Shown in pieces: positions 1 through 10,502 of a DNA stretch of 64,000 nt; the first letter of the stretch is position 1, and each line of letters starts with the position of its first letter. The DNA is from Macrostomum hystrix. Lineage: Eukaryota > Animalia > Platyhelminthes. A program made the translations under genes and the position numbers. The notes beneath the pieces are model-generated. The model made no database searches. It was not told where the DNA came from and saw nothing but the letters and a program-made list of their open reading frames with translations. The stretch covers positions 2,480,001 to 2,544,000 of the forward strand of contig CATNEN010000030.1 of the NCBI GenBank assembly GCA_950097015.1. The letters run 5' to 3'.

Positions 1-1590
1 ATGAGATGATTATCTAGGGTTTGATGAGGTGATGTTCTAGGGTTCGATGAGGTGATGTTCTAGGGTTTGATGAGATGATGTTCTAGGGTTCGATGAGGTG
101 ATGTTCTAGGGTTTGATGAGGTGATTATCTAGGGTTTGATGAGGTGATGTTCTAGGGTTCGATGAGGTGATGTTCTAGGGTTTGATGAGGTGATTATCTA
201 GGGTTTGATGAGGTGATGTTCTAGGGTTTGATGAGATGATGTTCTAGGGTTCGATGAGGTGATGTTCTAGGGTTCGATGAGGTGATGTTCTAGGGTTCGA
301 TGAGGTGATGTTCTAGGGTTCGATGAGGTGATGTTCTAGGGTTTGATGAGATGATTATCTAGGGTTTGATGAGATGATTATCTAAGGTTCGATGAGGTGA
401 TGTTCTAGGGTTCGATGAGGTGATGTTCTAGGGTTTGATGAGATTATTATCTAGGGTTCGATGAGGTGATGCTCTAGGGTTCGATGAGGTGATGTTCTAG
501 GGTTTGATGAGATGATTATCTAGGGTTTGATGAGATGATTATCTAAGGTTCGATGAGGTGATGTTCTAGGGTTTGATGAGATGATTATCTAGGGTTCGAT
601 GAGGTGATGTTCTAGGGTTTGATGAGATGATTATCTAGGGTTCGATGAGGTGATGTTCTAGGGTTCGATGAGGTGATGTTCTAGGGTTCGATGAGGTGAT
701 GCTCTAGGGTTCGATGAGGTGATGTTCTAGGGTTCGATGAGGTGATGTTCTAGGGTTTGATGAGATGATTATCTAGGGTTTGATGAGATGATTATCTAAG
801 GTTCGATGAGGTGATGTTCTAGGGTTCGATGAGGTGATGTTCTAGGGTTTGATGAGATTATTATCTAGGGTTCGATGAGGTGATGCTCTAGGGTTCGATG
901 AGGTGATGTTCTAGGGTTTGATGAGATGATTATCTAGGGTTTGATGAGATGATTATCTAAGGTTCGATGAGGTGATGTTCTAGGGTTTGATGAGATGATG
1001 TTCTAGGGTTTGATGAGATTATTATCTAGGGTTCGATGAGGTGATGCTCTAGGGTTCGATGAGGTGATGTTCTAGGGTTTGATGAGATGATTATCTAGGG
1101 TTTGATGAGATGATTATCTAAGGTTCGATGAGGTGATGTTCTAGGGTTTGATGAGATGATTATCTAGGGTTCGATGAGGTGATGTTCTAGGGTTTGATGA
1201 GATGATTATCTAGGGTTCGATGAGGTGATGTTCTAGGGTTCGATGAGGTGATGTTCTAGGGTTCGATGAGGTGATGCTCTAGGGTTCGATGAGGTGATGT
1301 TCTAGGGTTCGATGAGGTGATGTTCTAGGGTTCGATGAGGTGATGTTCTAGGGTTCGATGAGGTGATGTTCTAGGGTTCGATGAGGTGATGTTCTAGGGT
1401 TCGATGAGGTGATGTTCTAGGGTTCGATGAGGTGATGTTCTAGGGTTCGATGAGGTGATGCTCTAGGGTTCGATGAGGTGATGTTCTAGGGTTTGATGAG
1501 ATGATTATCTAAGGTTCGATGAGGTGATGTTCTAGGGTTTCATGAGATGATTATCTAGGGTTTGATGAGGCAATTTTCTCGGGTTTGATG
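1..1590. repeat. 23-bp minisatellite (TTCTAGGGTTCGATGAGGTGATG and variants), runs off the left edge
   Basis: Directly visible tandem units with a few recurring variants. It lies downstream of coronin exon 2, so probably inside coronin intron 2. Confidence 0.97.
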
Positions 1591-2002
1591 GTACGTTTCG
1601 AACAGATTACAGTCTTCTATCAAGAGCATCTGTTGGCCTAAAAATAAAAAAAAATTCAAAACATATACACTACTTTCTACTACACAAATCTTGCGAAAGA
1701 TCCTCAGTCAAAATGGCTACAGTGCAGAAACGGCCGATCAGCTTGGAGTGAGTCAGCAGCGGCTATTTCAGAGTTTGATAAAGATTTTTAATTGCAACCA
1801 ACGGAGTTTAACCTAGAATGTGCCAGCTACGGGACACATAGTGTTTACACAGACAGACACTGGCGTTCAGCCATTCCAGAGCGAAATTGCTTATGAAAAA
1901 AAGTGCATTACACTGTAGCGATTTCTGTTAGCTTTAAATTTAAACTATTTGTTGCCGCAATTACTAAACTACAACTACGCTCGTAGAACTAAGGAGTAGA
2001 AA

Positions 2003-2310
2003 GGAATAGAGGAAGAGACAGTGAGGGAATAGAGGAAGAGACAGTGAGGGAATAGAGGAAGAGACAGTGAGGGAATAGAGGAAGAGACAGTGAGGGAATA
2101 GAGGAAGAGACAGTGAGGGAATAGAGGAAGAGACAGTGAGGGAATAGAGGAAGAGACAGTGAGGGAATAGAGGAAGAGACAGTGAGAGAATAGAGGAAGA
2201 GACAGTGAGGGAATAGAGGAAGAGACAGTGAGGGAATACAGGAAGAGACAGTGAGGGAATAGAGGAAGAGACAGTGAGGGAATAGAGGAAGAGACAGTGA
2301 GGGAATAGAG
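2003..2310. repeat. 23-bp purine-rich minisatellite (GAATAGAGGAAGAGACAGTGAGG), ~13 units
   Basis: Tandem units are visible; it generates the spurious ORFs 1964-2320 and 1975-2442. Confidence 0.97.
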
Positions 2311-2453
2311 TAAAAGACAAAAAGTGGATACAGGAATAGACAGTGGGGAGTAACAGAGGGGGAGCCAGATAGGGGAGAGAGGAAGATTCAAGGTTGCCAT
2401 CCTGTTGATGCTAACTATACTTAACGCAGACAGTGACGGCACTCAGCACTCAC

Positions 2454-3617
2454 GAGATCCCACAGAGCATACTGTCGCTGGCTGTATTCGCTGAATCCCG
2501 TAGTGATCAGGTGGCCATCGTCGGCGAAGAGAATTTTGCTGATCTTGACGCCCCGATGGCAAGCCCATTTGGCCACTGTGCAGCCGCTTCGCGCATCCAT
2601 CACCCTGGCCAGGCGGTCCCGGCAGGTTGTAGCCAACAGGCGGCCGTCCGGGCTCCACGCGATGCTGTTGACCTGGTCCGGATGGCCCAGAGTGCTGCAC
2701 AGGCGGCAGTCGGCCCAGACGGCCACCTCGCAGTCGTAGGAGGCCGTCAGCAGGACGTCGGCAGCCGACGGATGCCAGGCGGTGTACAGCAGGCGCCGGC
2801 TGTGGCCCAGCTCGGCTGCCGGCGACATCTCGGACGGCTCGGCTACGCGCCACAATTTCACGTAGCCGTCTTCCGAGGCGGTGGCCAGGACCCGGTCATC
2901 GAACGGGTTCCAGGCCAGGTCAACTATGGCGCTGGAGTGGCCGCACACTTTGTGCACATTCAGCGGCGATAAGCGACACGGCTGGGTTGGAGTAAAATGG
3001 AAGGCTTGACTGGAGGATCCCATAGATTAGAGCTTCTGACTTTTGACCGAAAGGTCGGGAGTTCGATTCTCAGCACAAGGAAAATGATTTTTGTCATTGA
3101 GCAAGACTCTGAATTGCATGACAGCTTCGGTTTACACTGCTGTAAAATGGGAGATGGCATGGGGAATGGGGGACTTGACAGTGGGTGTAGAGAATCGTGA
3201 TTCCCTGATAATATTATCAACCATTAGCTGGGATAGAAACATTGGTGGGTCTGGTGGCCTCCCTATTCCATGGACTGAACAACTGCACACAGCCACAGCC
3301 TTCGGGAATTGCCACAGAATGGCTGTGGCTGTGCCACTGGCCATGTTAAATTAATGAGAATCATTGTGAATCAGTAAGAGACAACCTCAGGACTAATTAA
3401 ATAACTTTATTAAATAGCTCACCTTTTCAATAGGCAATACAAGAAATGAACCGCCACCTGATGACTCGCAGCAAATGGCCAGGAATTCCGAGTTAACAGC
3501 CAGGAACTGACCATCATGAGCATTGCGACTGATTGGCACATTCTCAAAGTGCTGGTCTTTGCGCACCTGCTCACCAAAAAGGTGTCGGTACTTCAGATTT
3601 GCTCTGACAAGTGGCAT
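2454..3617 (-). CDS. coro: Coronin (WD40 actin-binding protein), exons 1-2 only; the rest lies left of the window
   Basis: Exon 3617-3423 reads MPLVRANLKYRHLFG...NSEFLAICCESSGGGSFLVLPIEK. Exon 2981-2454 reads ...VCGHSSAIVDLAWNPFDDRVLATASED...RQYALWDL. Both have GT-AG junctions in phase 0 and coronin signature motifs. Confidence 0.95.
3017..3352 (+). mobile_element. Degenerate SINE-B (CORE-type) copy in coronin intron 1
   Basis: B-box-like GGGAGTTCGATTCTC, core remnant GCTGTAAAATGGG, and 3' block CCATGGACTGAACA...CAGCCTTC shared with the copies at 51105 and 63553. Confidence 0.6.
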
Positions 3618-5983
3618 TGTCTGCAATATATGATATGTGTTTTAGATAAGGCCTATTTATGAAATATAGGTTATCTAAAAATGTAAAGCAGTTACATGTC
3701 AAATGTAAATGGACAATTCCACAGGAAAACTATACCTAACTGACAGTAGAAGTTAGCTAGTTAGTTTGATTATTATCTTATTATCCTTATAAATCTATAA
3801 ACAATAAATCCATTTATTGAGACTGTTTGTTGATAAATGATTAGAAATAAATATTTTAATTTTAGCAAGGTAAATAAACTTAAAAAGGAAATAGGCCTAC
3901 TCCCAAAAGTAGAAAATTAAAAAAAGATTTATAAAAAAGTGTATTTGTTTCTTATATAACAAAATGACAATGTGCAACCTAACTAGCTGTTTTAAAAAAA
4001 TTAAAAAAATCACCAACGAAAGAAAATTTGTAAGATGAAAATTTTTTTTATTAAGGTGGTCATAAGCTCAGAGTTCCAGTTCCTTAACCAAGCCAGTAGA
4101 TTCTTATGGAGACATATATAGCATACAGCTATAGGCCTATCCCTATATACAATTATACAACAGGCTAATTCAGATATGCTTACTAAAAACTATTTTACAA
4201 AGTTTCTTCTAAAGACATGTTAATAGCAAACTAGATAGCGGCATACAAAGACTAGAAAACTGTAGCTCACTCAGTAGCTACAGAAGTACAGAATACGACT
4301 GCTCTATACTATAGACTATAGTACTATCCAGTTACAAATTTCTAAATGCCTAGCACATTCATTCCTAAATTGCAAGTATATTTGAGGAGTTAAAAGGCTA
4401 CAACATAAAAATGTTTTTATTTTGAAATACAAATTATGAATGTTGGAAGGTTAGCTGGCTACAATTATCAAACAACTAGAACTTGAAACTTTTAAACTGA
4501 AAAGGAAAAATAAACTTAAACTAGATTAGATGCAAACAGTTAAAAATTATTTTTGCATATAATTTGAAATTATTACTTTCATTGTTCAGATGCATGATTT
4601 GGTTACCTAAATTTATGATAGGCCCTATTAGATAACCATAGGCATAGCATATAGTGGCATTAGCATGCTTCCATGTCAAAACGGGCCCATGTCAAAATGG
4701 CCTTCTATGGGTTCCTTTTGTTATTATTCAGGGCAACTGTTTAAATAACGGTAAATTAGAAGACTCTCGGGTGGCCAAATATCGTCTGGCAATTTTGCCC
4801 TGTGACTGTTTGGGTTTTGGCTGTTTTGGAGTGTACCGCATTAGCATAACTATCTAGTTTACATACTTTAACGACCGATGGTACTAAATTGAAGTAAGTG
4901 CAAAACCTTCAGGCTTTTTATATATACGTCAGCTGAAATGACTGAATATCTGTTGGTCAAGCAAAGAGCAGTTTAGGTGCTCAAAACGTTCGAAGACTGG
5001 AAACTTAATTATCGGAAATCCGATGACTCCAAAATATGATAAAACCGTTGTTGTAAGGCAGAAACGAACAGAAAGATGGTATTCTATTTTTTTTAAACTA
5101 TAGCTAAACCTTTGCAATTACCTTTGTTTTTGTTTCCGTCTTTCTGTCTTACACAACAATGTGATTGTGTTTTATTACTTACAAGCTTCAGTTAAACTTT
5201 TTAACTTCCGCATCTTGTTATGTTTTTGAAAACAGTTTCTAAATGTTATCGTGTACTCATTTCTGCCTGTCCTACTGCAGACTACTAAAAAACCTTTTTG
5301 TATGCTTTGTATCTCTGTATCTGTATGTCAGTATAAACTTATTTCGTAAATGGAATGAACTGAATAGAAAAACTAAATACTAAGACATTTTTTAGGATAA
5401 AAAAGCTAATAAAACTTTCATCATTACTGTTAGGCTCAAAACACTAATACAACACGGGCTTTGTGGAATCATCTGTTTAGTAGTTTTTTGGAGAGCACTG
5501 TGAGCTATAAAAATTAGCTTTAAATAACCTTTTCAAGCCTGACTGAAAGCTCCATCGTCCAATTTCTAGAGAGCAGTTTTAAATCACTATTAATCATGTT
5601 GTAGTCAGAAGTACAAATTAAAAAAAGAGTTAAGATTTCATTTCGGGTCAGAATTTAGCATAAAATTTTATTTTACAACGTATTTTAGTAGTAAGACACA
5701 AAATCAGATTTCATAAAATCTAAAATTGAAATCTTTATAAGAATTGTTTGTATTTGTAAGTATTAAAATTATATCCACATTTGTCATTGATAAAATGTGT
5801 TTCATTTAGGTTTTAAAACTAAAACTTTGCTACTATAGAGAATTGTGTAGAAAAGACTTTTCACACTTTTTTTAGGATTTAGGACTTTCAGAATTTTCCC
5901 TTTTTTATTTTACTTTAAAATACTTCATAAGATGATAGAAGACAATTTTACCTTTAATTTCAGCTCAGTACCTAGTGCCACCA

Positions 5984-8294
5984 ATGGCCGCTACAAAGGA
6001 AGGAGTGGAGATTGGGGAGCAGGAGGCAAGCAAGGAATCGGCTGTCAGCAGGCCAAAAGACACAAATTTGTATCAGCAACGCCTTCCGTCCTGGCAGCCA
6101 CTGATGACGGCCTCATACGCATTTCCTATGTGTCTGCTAATTGGCGCCATTTTCATCCCAGTCGGCGCTGTGCTGCTCCTGTCCGCCCAGTCCGTGCAGG
6201 AAGTCAGCGTCGATTATACCAAATGTCGCGACTCAAATGGACTCTACTGTGCCGAACTGGTAGCCATGCCCGGCTACTACGGCGCCTACCGAACCTGCCA
6301 GTGCAACGTGACGCTGACCCTCTCGCAGAGCATGTCCGGCCAGGTCTACGCCTACTACGCCCTGACGAACTTCTATCAGAGCCACCGGCAGTACGCTAAA
6401 AGTCGCGACGACTTCCAACTGTTGGGACAGCGCAGCGCTGATCTGCTCAGCTATTGCAATCCCTACCGGCAGGACGGTCAAAGCGGCCTCTGGGTGGCTC
6501 CCTGCGGCGCCATCGCCAATAGCTTATTCAACGACTCCTACCGCCTATACTACAATCAGGCCGGCGGTCAGCCGCTGGAGGTGCCCTGGACTAGCCGAGG
6601 CATCGCCTGGGAGACTGACAGATTGCGCAAGTTCGGACCCGTGGCCAACTGGAACGTCAGCGCCAAGCCAACCGGATGGCCGGTCTCGGCCAAGCAGCGC
6701 AGCCCCGCCGGCTACCAGGATGACGAGGAACTCATGGTGTGGATGCGCACGGCGGCTATGCCCAACTTCCGTAAGCTGCACCGCATCATTGAGCACGGAG
6801 CCAACGGTACGCCAGAGGCCTTCGTCGGCGGACTGCCGGCTGGAAACTACACCCTGCAGGTGAGAGAGATGAGTTTGGTAGGCTTTTTCTGTATGCATGA
6901 ATCTGACGGGATCTCAATCTAAATAAATTGTCACAAAACTGATTATCCGCAGGTGACCTACGCCTTTCCGGTGACCGGATTCGCCGGCACGAAATCACTG
7001 GTGCTCACCACAGGCGGCTGGATGGGCGGCCGCAATCCGGTCCTGGCCGCCGCCTACCTGGCTGTCGGCTGCCTCTACGCTCTGATGGGCCTGGCGCTGG
7101 CAATGGTGCAGCTGCACACCAATCGCAGGTGGGCACTGCCGTTTTTCCCAAAGGCCACTATAGGAGTAGGGAGACGTGAAACTTTGTTTCTTATAGGACC
7201 GTTTAGGAGTTTAGGAGGCTTGTTTTCGCTGAAATACACTACGGAGCTCAAAGCACATGGGAGGGAATGTAGATTTAAAAAATAGTATGAAATGTTTACG
7301 CAAATAAAGCTTGACAGAAATCGATCGATAAAGCAATAAATAAGGCGTCTATTAACAAAGATAAGCCTTTCATTCGCCTTTGATCCAACAGTCACTAAAT
7401 TTGTACGTTTAGCTTTTTCTAAGAAACGCACTTTCCCACGCCTCTGAGGGCCGCAACACCTACCAAAATTTCTATATCTCAGCAAATACAAGCAACCATT
7501 TTACAGCTGAGAGAACTAAAGCAATACATGTAGAGAATAACGTGTCTTGCTTTGGGGGTGAAAACTGTATCTGTTGTTGCTACGATTCGAACTCTGCACC
7601 TCTCGGCAAAGCATTGTTGAAGACGCATGCAATAATAATAGTAATAATAATTGCAGCAGGGCTGCTGGCAATGGCACGTGTCATTCAGTGACACTAGACC
7701 CGCAGCCAGCGAGGAGGCAATTCTGCCCACTTCGCTGACTCCTGAGCACACACGCACACAGATAACTGTACGCAGGCACACGCTCACACAGGTGTGTACA
7801 TCTGCCCTGACTTTCTCATCGTCAGGCAGTGTGCACTACACTGTGCCTTGGAGGTTGGCCCTCAAGGGCTAAAATTGCACGACAAACCCCAAGCCTTCTC
7901 TCCGGGGCTGCGCCCCAAATAAATGTGGTCCCGCCGTGGAATCGAGCTCAGGGACCTTGGTGCGAGAGGCAAACCTTTGCAACTGATCCCCCTTGAAGAA
8001 GACGCATGCATCTAATTGCTGAAAAGTAAATTAAATACGGTAAGTTTTTTGGCATTGCTTTAACTTTCTCCCCCGCCTCGCAGCACGGTACTGTCCGTCA
8101 GCTACCCGACGGATGAGGTTCAGAGCCGCAGCACCTCAGTCTCCAACCTGGTGGATAGCGATCACCTGCAGACCGGTAGGCGCGAGAAAGCCGACCTGGA
8201 GATGGAAGAGATTGAGCAGGGCGAAGCCTATTCTGAGCACAAACAGCAGCAGCAGCAGCAGCAGCTGGGCGCCAAGCCTCGTAGTATGCTGTGA
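5984..8294 (+). CDS. TMEM30A: CDC50/TMEM30 P4-ATPase flippase beta subunit (~420 aa)
   Basis: Exons 5984-6859, 6953-7128 and 8084-8294 with GT-AG junctions and consistent phase. Motifs YQQRLPSWQP, YYALTNFYQSHRQY, PCGAIANSLFND, VWMRTAAMPNFRKL and WMGGRNP. An extra terminal exon (8590-8638) is possible. Confidence 0.93.
7632..7997 (-). mobile_element. SINE-A (tRNA-derived, structured) with 13-bp TSD
   Basis: TSD GAAGACGCATGCA at 7619-7631 and 7998-8010; B-box-like GAGCTCGATTCC; (ATT)n tail; homologous to copies at 15355, 19546, 24436, 61320 and 62235. Confidence 0.85.
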
Positions 8295-9879
8295 GTTTAG
8301 TCCACCTTTATAAAAATTTTTATGAAGATTTGAAACTTTTTTACTGAAACAAAACCATCCTGCTGGTGCGGTAGTATCAACACAAAGCTGCTATCTAATG
8401 GCTCGTACTACCAACCACGTTGTTTAAATCTGCTAAGCTCAACGAGAAACATTTGAAGCATGCGGCCGCGATTCTCTTGCTCCGTTAGTTTAATCCAATT
8501 TCGTTAGTCGCTACTTCAAATAATCGCTATTTCTTTTCCGTTATTTTAAATCCAAAATTAGCCCCTTGGAAAATTTCATTCTTTGTCAGTGATGCTGCTG
8601 CTGCTTTTCCTAACCGTAGTAGCCCATGGCAACGATAAATAGCAGCTTAGCCGTGTGTACAGCTGGGAAACACTTATGGTCTACAATATCGGGCTTCACC
8701 GCCTCCGCCAGCCGCTCCACCTCTGAGAGTACTTTTTTCTGCTCAATCCGGATGAAACCTGCCCGCTGCTACAATTAATTTTTTCATCCAATTCATTTTA
8801 TTTTACACAAAAGCATCTTGTCCCCATCCACCAACAAATATTTCTGTACTTTTACACACAAAATTTCACAACCTATTTCATTTTGTATCTGTCCACAAAA
8901 ATTGACAAACAAAATAACTTTCATTTAAAATTTTGCGCCCAAAACTACTTTCAGGCAAACCCTGACCCTAGCGGACTATTGATTCAGTTCTTTCGTCCAT
9001 TATTGAGTCGAGTCAATTGGTGAAGACAAACAGCAATTTGAAAGCGAACCAGATTTTAACAAATCATTAAATATGTAATACATTTTTATTGATGAACTTG
9101 TCTGATAAAATCAATAATATATAATCTCGTGCCTATGAAAATAAATCATCAACAATATTTTCTGTACTTCTATATTTATTTCCGGCGTCCTTTCTAATCT
9201 TTTATACTCCTCCTTTTTATAAAAGCTTCGCTATGATCTAGTTCAAACATTTTTATTTAAAAAGTGCCAATATTCTTATGTATAACAAAACAAAAAACTC
9301 AGTTTTCTTAGAATCGTACTTCTTAGTCTTGGTAAAAGAAAGATTTTGCTGATAAAACTAGTAATTACAGTTCTTCGGTATTACTACTTTTTATCCAGCA
9401 AAATTTCGAGTTTCTAAAAATATTTTTAGAATAATTTTCCACGGAGTAGACAAATTATCTAAATGAAATGATTAATGCTACTTAAAAAATGGGTCTTTCC
9501 ATCTCTCTCTTATAATTGTAGCGCCTTAAAATTCTGCTGTAAAAGAGTTAATCGTCTGGTAAATTTTCCTGGCCAAACTAGTCGAAACTAATTTTTAATG
9601 TCAGATTTTTTGTGTTTTTAGTTTCTCTGTGCCTTTCCTTTCAAAAAAAGTTTATTTTCCTGTTTTTTCTGTTGAGAAACGAATGCTTTGTTATATCTCT
9701 ATGCTACCGTCCATGCCTTGATGCGTCAGCTTTTTTTAACTTTCTAGGCATCTGGAATTTAAAGTTTTTATTTTTATCAATTTTTTTCTGCTGAATATAA
9801 GAGCAATTTGACCACGTACTACTTATTCACAAGTAGGAGGACGCAACACTAAGTCATTTAACATGAGTCATTTTGAATT

Positions 9880-10062
9880 TCATTGGCTTTGGTCAGCCAC
9901 GTGATTGAGGCTGGTCGGGTTCTCTCTTATCAAGCGTTTCTAAAAATAGCAACAAATTGCATTAGTGTTGCATCCTTCTATTTGTGTACGGTATGGGCCA
10001 CCTTAAGGATTCAACCGGTCGTTTTCATTGGCTAAAGCACACATCTAAGTCTTTATTGGCTC
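9880..10062. promoter_or_regulatory. Candidate promoter: three ATTGG (CCAAT) boxes plus a CACGTG E-box upstream of the Grx-DEP-DUF547 gene
   Basis: ATTGG at 9882, 10027 and 10055; CACGTG at 9898; 440-620 bp upstream of the ATG at 10503. Confidence 0.35.
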
Positions 10063-10502
10063 ACGGCTATCACGCGACTTGTACGATGTGTGTGTATAAT
10101 TGGGCTAATGAAAAAGTCTATGTGAATTCAGAGGTTGTGCATACTTGAAGTAGCATTTTTATTTGACTTTAGCAGGAATTTGTCCTGCATAAAACCTCTT
10201 TTCATCGAAAAGACGCCGCTATCTACTGTTTGTAGTCTTGGTCTTATTTCATTTTCTCGTTTAAGAGTAGTCCTAGATAATAACAATTTTTAGCTTGTTT
10301 TTATTTAGTGATTAGGCTTATATAGCCTTATATATATTAATGGCATACTACACAATCGAGAAAAGGGCTTCCTAGAGTTCCCAAAAATTGCAAAGAAAAC
10401 CAGAGCCGCTTACAATTTTCGCAATTTCCTCAGCTTGGCTCAATCATTACAGTTGAAATGTGCGTCTAAAACTCGTGCGAGGACCCCGTTGGCTAGAAAA
10501 AC

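Noticed and set aside
7705-7735. Circularly permuted HDV ribozyme (GCGAAGTGGG upstream of the P3/L3 motif)
   Set aside because: The would-be P2 3' strand can pair only with the GCC needed for P3, so the double pseudoknot cannot form.
8700-8768. FUNDC/FUN14 identity for GFIRIEQKKV
   Set aside because: Short similarity only; the upstream Gly-rich FUN14 helices were not found.
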